The notes under the pieces are model-generated. The model was not told where the DNA came from. It searched no databases and saw nothing but the letters and a program-made list of their open reading frames with translations. Below are positions 10,857 through 20,912 of a stretch of 64,000 bases of DNA, one piece after another (the first letter of the stretch is position 1; each line of letters starts with the position of its first letter). The position numbers and the translations under genes were made by a program. The stretch comes from Spirochaetaceae bacterium (lineage in GTDB: Bacteria > Spirochaetota > Spirochaetia > DSM-2461): NCBI GenBank assembly GCA_051531975.1, contig JAOPTT010000010.1, positions 32,001-96,000 of the forward strand, given 5' to 3'.

Positions 10857-11020
10857 AACCGATTAACAATATTAGATAGAGTAGTTTTATTCTCTATCTA
10901 ACATATTGATATCCATAATACCCCTATAAAATGATTATTTGCCATTGTCACTTATTAAATTAGAACATATTTAACAATGACGATTTCAAGATTATATTAT
11001 ACAATAATTAGGGAGATTGA

Positions 11021-12928
11021 ATGGATATAAAAAAGAAAATATTAGTATCATTAGGTGTGCCTTATATAATTTCTATAATTGTTGGTTTAGCAATTATTAT
11101 TCTAATTACAACGACGCAAATAAAAGATGACCTAAAATCAACAATCAAAAACCAAAATCAAAGTTTAAACGAACATATATCAGAGCTTGTTGTTACTTCC
11201 GCAAAAAGTTATATTACTGCAATTGGTGTTACCGAAAACATACATATTTCTAAGATGGTTAAAAGTGGGAATTCCTTACATGATATAAATGAATACTTAC
11301 AAGATGAGAAATTCTTAAATGATGGTTATATATATCTTGTTGATACTGAGGGAATAATAAAACATCACCCAGATATATCAAAATTAGGAACAAAATCAAT
11401 TGTTTTAAATTGGTTATCAAGTCAAAAAAGAGATGATCCTGGTTATTATTTTTATGAGTTTAATAATAGGGATAAACTTTTATATAAAATATACAATCCT
11501 GATCTTGGATTATACATTATGGTTTCTACTTATACTGATGATTTTTCAAAATCCATAGAACTTTCTGAATTAAATAAAATTATGAATAATATATCTATTG
11601 GTAAAAAAGGTTATCCTATTATTTTAACTCTAGATGGAACATTTATCAGTTATCCTGATATAAAATATGTTAATTTAAACCAGACGGATCTTACAGATGC
11701 TGATGGTAATTATATTATTCAGAGGGTTCTTTCTGAAAGAGATGGTCATTTTGAGTATAATTGGCGAGAACAATCCGGGAAAATCAGCAAAAAAATAATC
11801 TATTTTTCTTATGAAAAAAATTCAAATTTCATTATATGTTCCACAGGTTATATAAAAGATTTTTATAGTAATATTTCTAGCTTTACAATAACAATAGTTA
11901 TAACAACGCTTTTAATACTTTTTATATTAGTTGTTTTAATGTATCAGCTTTCCGATTCTGTTATCCGACCTATAAAAGAGTTAACATACCTTTCTAAAGA
12001 GATGACTAATGGAAATCTAGATATAGAGATCGAACTTAGTGATACAGATGAAATTAATATTTTAACAAAAAACTTTTTATATATGAGAGATACAATAAAG
12101 GAAAAACTGTCTGAACTAAAAGATCTAAATGAAAGTTTAGAAGACACTGTTTTAAAAAGAACGAATGAACTAAAAGGTGCACAAGACAAACTGATACAAT
12201 CTGAGAAAATGTCCGCTTTAGGTGGTTTAGTTGCAGGTATTGCACATGAATTAAATACACCGATTGGTATAGCAGTTACAGCTTCTTCCCACTTAGAATC
12301 AGAGACAATAAAATTTATAAGTAATTATAAAGAGGATAAAATGACAAAAACTTCTTTTAATAATTATTTGGAAAGTGTATTGATTCAGTCACAGATGATA
12401 TTATCCAATATGAATAGATCGGCAATATTAGTAAAAAGTTTTAAGCAGATATCAGTAGACCAGACTATAGAGGTAAAAAGATCTTTTAAACTTAAAGCCT
12501 ATATAGATGATCTACTCCATAGTCTTAAACACAAAATAAAATACAAAGATATTAAAATAACTATTGATTGCCAAGATTCAATTGTAATAAATAGTTATCC
12601 TGGTTCTATTTCACAAATTTTTACTAATCTAATATTAAATAGTTACATACATGGATTTGAAAATAGAGATAGTGGAGAAATAACAATTATTGTTGAAGAA
12701 TTACCAACTCATTTAAGTATCAAATACATAGATAATGGGAAAGGTATTCCATCTGATACAGTTAATAAAATATTTGAACCGTTTTATACTACTAAAAGAA
12801 ATAATGGAGGAACCGGTTTAGGTTTACATGTAGTATATAACATTGTAAACAGTTCTCTTGATGGTTCTATAAATTGTATTAGTAGTGAAAACAATGGCGT
12901 CTGTTTTTTAATAAAACTACCATATTAA
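11021..12928 (+). CDS. Cache/HAMP sensor histidine kinase
   Basis: 2 TM, Cache region, HAMP, AHELNTP, FYTTK, GTGLG. Confidence 0.9.
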   Translation: MDIKKKILVSLGVPYIISIIVGLAIIILITTTQIKDDLKSTIKNQNQSLNEHISELVVTSAKSYITAIGVTENIHISKMVKSGNSLHDINEYLQDEKFLNDGYIYLVDTEGIIKHHPDISKLGTKSIVLNWLSSQKRDDPGYYFYEFNNRDKLLYKIYNPDLGLYIMVSTYTDDFSKSIELSELNKIMNNISIGKKGYPIILTLDGTFISYPDIKYVNLNQTDLTDADGNYIIQRVLSERDGHFEYNWREQSGKISKKIIYFSYEKNSNFIICSTGYIKDFYSNISSFTITIVITTLLILFILVVLMYQLSDSVIRPIKELTYLSKEMTNGNLDIEIELSDTDEINILTKNFLYMRDTIKEKLSELKDLNESLEDTVLKRTNELKGAQDKLIQSEKMSALGGLVAGIAHELNTPIGIAVTASSHLESETIKFISNYKEDKMTKTSFNNYLESVLIQSQMILSNMNRSAILVKSFKQISVDQTIEVKRSFKLKAYIDDLLHSLKHKIKYKDIKITIDCQDSIVINSYPGSISQIFTNLILNSYIHGFENRDSGEITIIVEELPTHLSIKYIDNGKGIPSDTVNKIFEPFYTTKRNNGGTGLGLHVVYNIVNSSLDGSINCISSENNGVCFLIKLPY

Positions 12929-12984
12929 ATAATCTTATTTTATACTATAGTCATTTATTATATATATATATATATGGAGATTTT

Positions 12985-15111
12985 ATGAATATAAAAACTA
13001 GAATGTTAACTCTATTAGGAATACCTACAGTTATAGCCATTGGTTGCTCTTTTGCACTAATTGTAACTTTAACAACTAAAAGAATTGGAGATGAATTATC
13101 CAATCAATTAGAGTATCAAGAGAACTCTTTAGTTGCCCAGATATCAGAACAAGTAATGGGTTCTGCAAGAAGTTATATTTCAGCTGTTGGTACTATAGCA
13201 AACAGAAATGCTACTGAAGTTTATGATAATTACTTATCTGGTGAAATATCTGAAGAAGATGCATTAATCCAAGTACAGAATGTTTTTAATAAAGAGAAGT
13301 TTCTTGGAAGTGGATATATATATGTTGTTGATCCAGATGCTATAATTGTAGCCCATCCTAATAAAACTAAAATTGGTGGTGTTTCTACTACTAAAGAATG
13401 GTTACAAAAACAGGATATAAATATTAATAGTTTTTATAAATATGAATACGAAGGTAGAGATAAACTTTTACTAAAAATATATAACAAAAAATTAGAATGG
13501 AATATTATGACTTCAGCTTATGCAGATGACTTTTCTCAAAGTTTAGATTTTACTGAATTAAATATAACCATGAACAATATAAAAGTTGGGAAAACAGGTT
13601 ATCCACTTCTGCTTTCTGAAAGTGGAAAACTAATTTCTCACCCAGATGCACAATTATTAAATACAGATGTTATTAACTTAAAAGATTTTGATGGGAATCA
13701 GATATTTAAACGTATAATTGATGAGAAAGAAGGTAATTTTAGATATAACTGGAAAGAGAGTGATGGTTCTGTTAGAGAAAAATTCATCTATTTTAAATAT
13801 GAGAAAAATTCCAAACTTTATGTTTGCTCCACAGGTTATACTGATGACTTTTATGGAACTGTAGAAGTTATTATAAAGTTAATAGTTATTAGTGGAATTA
13901 TTATGATTGGGGTACTATTTGCCCTACTCTACGCTACCGCATCGGCAGTGGCAAAACCGATAAAAATATTCACAACTAGTTTAAAGGATATTTCTGAAGG
14001 AGATGGAGATTTAACAAGTAGAATAAATGTTAAATCTTCAGGTGAAATAGAAGTTATGGTGAGCTCTTTTAACAAGTTTATAGAGAAGCTTCAGACTATA
14101 ATATTACACATTAAAAATGCATCGGATGATACACTAAAAATTAAGAATGAAGTATCAATAGGTGTAGAAGAGACAGCAAGTGCATTACATGAAATAAGTA
14201 CTAATATCACTGAGATAAAAAATCAAACAAATCATCTGAATGAAAATATAAAAAAATCCGTTGGTTATTCTGATGAAATATCCCAAAGTGCTGGAGTTCT
14301 TAATAAGTCGGTAGATAATCAATCACTGATGTTAGAGACTTCTACTGCTGCAATAACACAGATGATATCTTCCATAACAAATGTAGACAATATTACAATT
14401 TCAAAAAAACAGTCTGCAACAAGACTTCTTGAATCAGCAGTTTCAGGTTCAAAAGTAATAGACCAGACACAACAAGCAGTTAAAGAGGTAAACAAACAGT
14501 TAGCAAATATACAAGAGATTGCAATTGTAATTTCTAATATTGCGGCACAAACGAATCTTTTAGCTATGAATGCTGCTATAGAGGCAGCCCATGCGGGAGA
14601 TGCAGGAAAAGGGTTTGCTGTTGTAGCTGATGAAATAAGAAAGCTAGCTGAAACCTCTAGCCAAAATTCAAATAAAATCACCACTACTCTTAAAAATATC
14701 TCTGAATCTATAGTTTCTGCAGATACCCTGAGCCAAAATACTAGAGTAAGCTTTACTGAACTACATAAAGAGATAGACGATATAGTTAATGCATTATCAG
14801 AGATTACAACAAGTACCCACGAACTAGAAGTTGGAGGACAAGATATACTTGAATCCATTACTGGCCTAGGAGATGCTTCTAATGTTGTTAATAATAGTGC
14901 ATTACATATTCAAGATATATCTAAGAAAGTAAAAGAATCAATGGAAGAAACTAGTGATATTTCTTTAGAAGTATTTACTTCTATCGATGAAATTAGCCAA
15001 GGGACAAAAGGGATTTCAGATTCGATGTTAGTTGTTACAAATAGTACATACAAACTAGAAGAGACAAGCGATGAATTAAATGACAATGTTAATAAATTTA
15101 AAATAGATTAA
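12985..15111 (+). CDS. Methyl-accepting chemotaxis protein with Cache domains
   Basis: [35 protein letters not shown] signalling tip; HAMP. Confidence 0.95.
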   Translation: MNIKTRMLTLLGIPTVIAIGCSFALIVTLTTKRIGDELSNQLEYQENSLVAQISEQVMGSARSYISAVGTIANRNATEVYDNYLSGEISEEDALIQVQNVFNKEKFLGSGYIYVVDPDAIIVAHPNKTKIGGVSTTKEWLQKQDININSFYKYEYEGRDKLLLKIYNKKLEWNIMTSAYADDFSQSLDFTELNITMNNIKVGKTGYPLLLSESGKLISHPDAQLLNTDVINLKDFDGNQIFKRIIDEKEGNFRYNWKESDGSVREKFIYFKYEKNSKLYVCSTGYTDDFYGTVEVIIKLIVISGIIMIGVLFALLYATASAVAKPIKIFTTSLKDISEGDGDLTSRINVKSSGEIEVMVSSFNKFIEKLQTIILHIKNASDDTLKIKNEVSIGVEETASALHEISTNITEIKNQTNHLNENIKKSVGYSDEISQSAGVLNKSVDNQSLMLETSTAAITQMISSITNVDNITISKKQSATRLLESAVSGSKVIDQTQQAVKEVNKQLANIQEIAIVISNIAAQTNLLAMNAAIEAAHAGDAGKGFAVVADEIRKLAETSSQNSNKITTTLKNISESIVSADTLSQNTRVSFTELHKEIDDIVNALSEITTSTHELEVGGQDILESITGLGDASNVVNNSALHIQDISKKVKESMEETSDISLEVFTSIDEISQGTKGISDSMLVVTNSTYKLEETSDELNDNVNKFKID

Positions 15112-15144
15112 CATAAGTTTATATAAAGGGATTATTAGGTTTAT

Positions 15145-15171
15145 AAAAAAATAGCCGGCATAGAGCCGACT
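15145..15171 (-). terminator. Intrinsic terminator, minus strand
   Basis: AGTCGGC-tctat-GCCGGCT then ATTTTTTT on minus strand; U-G pair works only on this strand. Confidence 0.7.
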
Positions 15172-15188
15172 TTATATTTTTAGAGGAC

Positions 15189-15230
15189 CTAGATCCTCGT
15201 AACATTGGATAAGGTTTTAAAATCTTTCAT
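15189..15230 (-). CDS. Putative 13-aa peptide MKDFKTLSNVTRI (or sRNA)
   Basis: AAGGAG RBS, TTGTTT-N17-TAATAT promoter upstream, terminator downstream. Confidence 0.4.
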   Translation of the reverse strand: MKDFKTLSNVTRI

Positions 15231-15303
15231 AAAAAACTCCTTATCATTTGTTACATATTACCTTACAAAGAGTGTAAAAACAATCTGTTAAATCTAATAA
15301 TAA

Positions 15304-16458
15304 CTAATTATTTTTATTAGATTTAAACTTTTTAGACTCTAAAACTAATAGAATTGTTAAAAATAGAATATAAATAGGTGCAATAATAAAACTAGTATGT
15401 AGCCCTTTATTATCACCAACTATCCCCATAATAATTGTTGCAGAACTATAACCTGGTATACCAAAACATGATAAAAAGATCATTAAAATTGTAGTATCAA
15501 CCTTCATTACAGTTCCAGCATATGACTGGATACATGGCCAAAAGCAAGCTACAGTTAACCCGATAAAAAACATAAAAATAAATAGAGAAAACATATTAGT
15601 AATTAGAAAGAAACTTATACTAATAAACAGTGCTAAAACAGAAGATACTAGTAGAATTTGTTTCATTGTGTACTTGTGTGTAAGTTTACTTGTTAATAGT
15701 CTTCCTATAACCATACCTATTGCAAAAAGAGCTGCACCTAATGCACCGGCTCTTGGAGCTGCGCTAAACTGCAGTTGTATATAACTAGCACTCCAAAAAG
15801 CAAAAGCACTTTCAGCACCACCAGCAAAAAATAGTGAAAACCCTAAAAACCAGAATCTTGGTTTTGATAAGATTTCCCCCATATGGCTAAAATCAGTTCT
15901 AGATTTTGGAAGTTGTATTTTACTACTTCTTGGGTATATAAAACTAATTAGTAAAACAACTACTCCTAACGCAATAAAAAGAGCTCTCCAAGAGACTCCA
16001 CGAGATAAAAGTTCACCAAATATTAAAACACTAAAACATACACCAATTGGCCAAAAAGCGTGTAATACACTCATTTTTTTTCCATTATCTCCAGGGTATA
16101 AGTCCTCTACTAATGGTGTTAAAAGTGCCTCTATAAAACCTTGTCCAAAACCAATGAATAGAATTAAAAAAGTTGTCATTAAATATGTTGTACTCTGGGT
16201 AAAAAGAAAAAGACCTACAGATAAAATTATCAGAGCAGTTCGTAGAATTATAATCTTTCCAAACCATGCAGCAACAAAACAACTAAAAATAAGAACTAAA
16301 AACTGTTCTATTGAACTAATAAAACCTAAAGAACCACCTTGGGTTAAATTGAGGGATAACTCTTCTGAAATTTTAACTAAGCTTATTGGTAATATTGTTG
16401 CACTTGCAGCATAAATAAACATAGATGCTTTAGATGCAAAATCTACTCTTTTTATCAT
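15304..16458 (-). CDS. MFS transporter
   Basis: ~12 TM, FucP/TsgA-like; overlaps upstream gene by ATGA. Confidence 0.85.
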   Translation of the reverse strand: MIKRVDFASKASMFIYAASATILPISLVKISEELSLNLTQGGSLGFISSIEQFLVLIFSCFVAAWFGKIIILRTALIILSVGLFLFTQSTTYLMTTFLILFIGFGQGFIEALLTPLVEDLYPGDNGKKMSVLHAFWPIGVCFSVLIFGELLSRGVSWRALFIALGVVVLLISFIYPRSSKIQLPKSRTDFSHMGEILSKPRFWFLGFSLFFAGGAESAFAFWSASYIQLQFSAAPRAGALGAALFAIGMVIGRLLTSKLTHKYTMKQILLVSSVLALFISISFFLITNMFSLFIFMFFIGLTVACFWPCIQSYAGTVMKVDTTILMIFLSCFGIPGYSSATIIMGIVGDNKGLHTSFIIAPIYILFLTILLVLESKKFKSNKNN

Positions 16459-17678
16459 TTTGTAACCTTCTTAACTGTCATTAATTTTCTACCTACTGCA
16501 GCAAACATCTTAATTGCTGGTTTCTCTAGATCTCTTTGTACTAATTTAAACTTCTCTCTAATAGGGATAAATTGTGGACATTTCTCTTCACATTTACCAC
16601 AATCGATACAGGAACTTGTCCAGTGTGGTTTGCCATCAGGTGTCTGAATACCAAGATATGCCATATGATATAAAGTACCCTCTCTTTTTGAGAACATATG
16701 ATAATTGTTTAAGTTTTTAAAAGCTGCTGGGATATCAATTTTAGCAGGGCAAGGAAGACAATAAGCACAACCTGTACACCCAACTTGTAACAATTCATTA
16801 AATTTATCTCTTACATCAGAAATAATATTTTCTTCTTTTTCTGTCATACCACTAATTTTTGAATCTGAGCAAATTTCTATATTCTCTTTTATATGTTCAT
16901 CTTCGTTCATTCCAGATAAAACTAATGTAACAGCGGGATGATTTAAAACAAAACGAAGTGCCCAATCCGCAGGGGATCTTTTTACATCTGCTTTATTATA
17001 AATCTTCTCAACACCCTTTGGCATTTTTGAAACTAAAGACCCACCTCTTAAAGGCTCCATTACAATAATACCCATACCTTTTTTATGAGCATATTCAATT
17101 CCCTCAATTCCAGCCTGAAAATGAACGTCTACTATATTATACTGAACCTGGGCAAAATCAAAATCATATGCATCACAAATAGTTTTAAAATCCTCTTTTT
17201 GACCATGAAATGAGAATCCCATAGATTTAACTTTACCCTCTTTTTTTATCTTGTCCATGAACTCGATAATTCCTAAAGAGACCATTAATTCCCATCTTTG
17301 TAGTTCCATGGAGTGAAGCATATAATAATCAATACAATCGACCTGAAGTTTTTCTAGTTGCTTATTAAAAATATCCTCAATCTGTTCCTTCTTTTTTATC
17401 ATCATACATGGAAGTTTTGTTGCTATTTTTACTTTCTCTCTATAACCATCTTTTAAAACATACTCCCCTAAAAATGATTCAGATGCTCCAAGATGATAAG
17501 GGTATGCAGTATCTAAATAATTAACCCCATTATCTATAGCATATCTAATCTGTTTTAATGCCTTCTCTTTATTAATTAAACTAGATGCAGCCCCACCAAC
17601 ATGGGTCGGTAATCTCATACATCCATAACCTAAAGTTGATAACTTCTCATCTGAGTTAGGCATTGTTCTATATTGCAT
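16455..17678 (-). CDS. Aldo/keto reductase with C-terminal 4Fe-4S domain
   Basis: LGYGCMRLP, DTAYPYH, MEPLRGG; CTGCAYCLPCP and CIDCGKCEEKCPQ. Confidence 0.92.
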   Translation of the reverse strand: MQYRTMPNSDEKLSTLGYGCMRLPTHVGGAASSLINKEKALKQIRYAIDNGVNYLDTAYPYHLGASESFLGEYVLKDGYREKVKIATKLPCMMIKKKEQIEDIFNKQLEKLQVDCIDYYMLHSMELQRWELMVSLGIIEFMDKIKKEGKVKSMGFSFHGQKEDFKTICDAYDFDFAQVQYNIVDVHFQAGIEGIEYAHKKGMGIIVMEPLRGGSLVSKMPKGVEKIYNKADVKRSPADWALRFVLNHPAVTLVLSGMNEDEHIKENIEICSDSKISGMTEKEENIISDVRDKFNELLQVGCTGCAYCLPCPAKIDIPAAFKNLNNYHMFSKREGTLYHMAYLGIQTPDGKPHWTSSCIDCGKCEEKCPQFIPIREKFKLVQRDLEKPAIKMFAAVGRKLMTVKKVTK

Positions 17679-17746
17679 ACGACTCTCCATTTAAGTTATT
17701 ATACACTAATGACTCTAATGGTCAATTTATTAAAAAGGCGTAAAAA

Positions 17747-18109
17747 TTGAATCTTGAAGTTAAATTTGAGGATAAAATCATATTTTCCCATAATGGCAAG
17801 TGGTTACATCCACTCTTTGCCTTAGAAGATTTTTTATCTACTAATGAATATTTACCTAGTGACCTTCTGTTAACAGATAAAATTATAGGAAGAGGTGCTG
17901 CTGTTTTAATTAGTAAGATGATGATAAAAAACATACATGCAAAACTATTAAGTAGAAGAGCAATCGGGGTATTAGATTCAAATAATATTAAATATACATA
18001 TGACGAAATCATTGATTCAATAAAGTGTATTACTGAAACTATTTTAACCGATGATAAAACCCTGGATAAATGTTACCAAGAACTAAAAATACGAGCAGGA
18101 AGAGATTAG
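17747..18109 (+). CDS. DUF1893 (TM1506-like) protein
   Basis: DKIIGRGAA motif and C(x)TE near C-terminus; TTG start. Confidence 0.75.
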   Translation: MNLEVKFEDKIIFSHNGKWLHPLFALEDFLSTNEYLPSDLLLTDKIIGRGAAVLISKMMIKNIHAKLLSRRAIGVLDSNNIKYTYDEIIDSIKCITETILTDDKTLDKCYQELKIRAGRD

Positions 18110-18738
18110 TGGATCCACTGTTAGATATAAAAGACCTCTGTGTAAAAAGAGATAGAATTACAGTATTAGAAAACCTAAATTTCTCAGTAAACTTTGGTGA
18201 TGGAGTTGTTATTAATGGAATTAATGGATCTGGGAAAACAACTCTACTAAAAACTATTGCAGGATTACTTCCTTACAGTAGCGGTGAGATAAACAGAAAC
18301 AGTACAATTGGTTATGTTCCCCAAGAGGAGAACCATACAACATTTCCAGTTTCTGTTTGGGAAATGACAGAAATAGGAACAGCAGGTTTAAAATTAACTA
18401 AAGAACAACGAAAAAATAAGATAAATAAAGCTCTTCTAGATTGTAATTGTGATCATCTACAACAAAGGTCTTATTACAATTTATCAGGTGGTGAAAAAAG
18501 ACGGGTATCTTTAGCTAGATGTTTAGCACAAGGCGCTGAATTGTTACTTCTCGATGAGCCATTAACATTTTTAGATTCTAATAGTAGAAAGGATTTTATA
18601 AATGTTTTAGATCAGATACGAACTTTATATAATATAACAATAATAATGGTAACACATACAGATAATAGTATAATCAACTCCAGTTGGAAGAGATTTAATA
18701 TTGAAAATAAGATAATAAATGAGGTGCTTACATGTTAG
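18109..18738 (+). CDS. Metal ABC transporter ATP-binding subunit (ZnuC-like)
   Basis: GINGSGKTT, GYVPQ, LSGGE, LLDEP; likely GTG start overlapping upstream TAG. Confidence 0.88.
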   Translation: MDPLLDIKDLCVKRDRITVLENLNFSVNFGDGVVINGINGSGKTTLLKTIAGLLPYSSGEINRNSTIGYVPQEENHTTFPVSVWEMTEIGTAGLKLTKEQRKNKINKALLDCNCDHLQQRSYYNLSGGEKRRVSLARCLAQGAELLLLDEPLTFLDSNSRKDFINVLDQIRTLYNITIIMVTHTDNSIINSSWKRFNIENKIINEVLTC

Positions 18739-19544
18739 AAACACTTCTCTACCCTCCTGTTTTTAGAGGCCTAATATCTCTAATAATTGCAGGTATATCC
18801 TTTCCATTAACCGGTGTATTTATACTTAGGTTAAACTTAATAAATATCCGATTTATGTTAATGCATGGTGTAATGTTAGCAGGTGCAGTAGCACTATCCT
18901 TTTCATATAACCCACTACTTACCGCTATAATAATAAATATTTTTTTAGTTCTTCTAATTACTTTTATGTCTAGGCGATCAACAATACCTATGGGAACTTT
19001 AACTACCTTTTTTATGGTTTTATCTATAGGAATTGCTACAATTTTAATATATAAAAGTAAGGTCTTAGTACAAGATACAATGAGTCTATTATGGGGTTCT
19101 ATTTTTGCATTAACAGATTATGATGTAATCTTTTTACTTCTATTTTCCTTATCTACAATTCTGTTTGTAATATTAAAACATAGAGAATTAACAGCTGTTC
19201 TAATAGATTCTGAAATTGCAAAAACAACTGGTATAAAAGAGCAATTGTATTTTTATACTATAATGATTATTATAGGTCTCACTGTAGCATTTGCTATGAG
19301 ATTAATTGGTGCACTACTATTAGATGCCTTAATTCTTTTACCAGCGATGACAGCAATATTTTTGGCAAAAAGTATTAAAAAAATGTTTATAACAGCATCA
19401 GTTTTAGGTCTTTTATACAGTATAACAGGCTTTTTTTTATCACTAATTATAGATATTCCAGTAAGTTCAGGTGTAATACTGATTGCTGGATTAGTTTTTG
19501 GAATAACATACATCACGAGGTATATACATGAAAAACAAATTTAG
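18732..19544 (+). CDS. Metal ABC transporter permease (ZnuB-like)
   Basis: Hydrophobic; LLWGSI, GALLLDALILLPA. Confidence 0.88.
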   Translation: MLETLLYPPVFRGLISLIIAGISFPLTGVFILRLNLINIRFMLMHGVMLAGAVALSFSYNPLLTAIIINIFLVLLITFMSRRSTIPMGTLTTFFMVLSIGIATILIYKSKVLVQDTMSLLWGSIFALTDYDVIFLLLFSLSTILFVILKHRELTAVLIDSEIAKTTGIKEQLYFYTIMIIIGLTVAFAMRLIGALLLDALILLPAMTAIFLAKSIKKMFITASVLGLLYSITGFFLSLIIDIPVSSGVILIAGLVFGITYITRYIHEKQI

Positions 19545-20268
19545 TTTATTAATATTTTTAATAGTTAGCGTTTCTTTATTTTCAGAAACACAGTCAGTAA
19601 TTACAACTACAAGTTGGACAGCAGCTTTCGCAAAACTTGCAGGTGCAGAAAATATTACAATGTTAGCACCAATGGATATGAAACATCCCCCAGAGCATGA
19701 AGTAACAATTAAAGAGTTACAGATGATTAAAGATGCAGATTATATGGTATTTGCTGGATATGAAGCTATGGTTCCTAGAGTAAAACAGTCCTTAGGTAAA
19801 AGCTCAAATGTAAAACTTATACAAATTAAAACTTTTAATGATTTTAAAACTATAGAAGAGTCTGTATTAAAAATAGCTGATGAAATTGGAACTATGGATA
19901 TAGCTCTAAAAAACCTAAAAGCTGTAAAAGCTTTTTTTGATAGCTGGAAAAATGAGCTAAAAGGGAAAGACTTAACTAATATTCCTGTTCACTTCCATCA
20001 ACAAAAATTATTAAGAAGTTTAGGTATTAAACCATCTATGGTATATGGTCCCGCTCCCCCATCTTTAGGTGAAATTAAAAAATCCTTAGAACTAAAACCA
20101 TTAATTATTATAGATAATATTCATAATAAGAAAGCTGGAGTTTTTATGGAACAAAAACCAACTCCTACTATTATTAGTTGGATTAATTTCCCAGGTATTA
20201 AAGGAACAGAAAGTTTATTAGATGTTTTAACTTATAATAAAAATGAGTTAACTAAGGTATTAAAATAG
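19528..20268 (+). CDS. Metal ABC substrate-binding protein (ZnuA-like, short)
   Basis: Signal peptide, HPPEHE motif, operon context. Confidence 0.7.
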   Translation: MKNKFSLLIFLIVSVSLFSETQSVITTTSWTAAFAKLAGAENITMLAPMDMKHPPEHEVTIKELQMIKDADYMVFAGYEAMVPRVKQSLGKSSNVKLIQIKTFNDFKTIEESVLKIADEIGTMDIALKNLKAVKAFFDSWKNELKGKDLTNIPVHFHQQKLLRSLGIKPSMVYGPAPPSLGEIKKSLELKPLIIIDNIHNKKAGVFMEQKPTPTIISWINFPGIKGTESLLDVLTYNKNELTKVLK

Positions 20269-20912
20269 TGAAAATTAAAAAATATAAGACTTACCTATTT
20301 GATGTAGATGGAACATTATTAGATACAAACGAGTTAATCTACCAGAGCTTTAAAAATAGTTGTAAGTTTCTTGGAAATATAGATATAAGTAGAGAAGAAG
20401 TAAATAAACATATAGGTATACCCTTAAAAACCCAACTAGATCTCTACTTAGGTGAATCCACTGAGGAAGAGTATGCCAATATTTATAAAATACATTCTGA
20501 GTACCAAAAAACTATTTATAAAGATACTTTAAAAGCATTTCCTGGAGTTATAGAAGGACTTAAAGTCTTAAAAGACAGAGGTGTACAAGTTGCAATTGTA
20601 TCTTCTAGAACAAGACCATCCCTTGATAGATATTTAAAGTTTATAGGGATATACGATCTGTTTACTGTATTCTCAACCCCGGAAGTAACGGTTAACCATA
20701 AACCTCATCCTGACCCAGTGTTATGGGCTTTAGAACAACTAGGTGCAGACAAAGAGTTTACTATTTTTATAGGTGATGCAACTTTTGATATAGAGAGTGG
20801 AAATGCAGCTGGTGTTGATACAGCATTTGTAGATTGGGGTCATAATAGTTTAAGTGATATACAGGTAAAACCTACATATCACTTAAAAACATTTTCTGAC
20901 CTATTAGATTAG
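20268..20912 (+). CDS. HAD-IA hydrolase, PpaX-like
   Basis: FDVDGTL, KPHPDP, IGDATFD. Confidence 0.85.
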   Translation: MKIKKYKTYLFDVDGTLLDTNELIYQSFKNSCKFLGNIDISREEVNKHIGIPLKTQLDLYLGESTEEEYANIYKIHSEYQKTIYKDTLKAFPGVIEGLKVLKDRGVQVAIVSSRTRPSLDRYLKFIGIYDLFTVFSTPEVTVNHKPHPDPVLWALEQLGADKEFTIFIGDATFDIESGNAAGVDTAFVDWGHNSLSDIQVKPTYHLKTFSDLLD

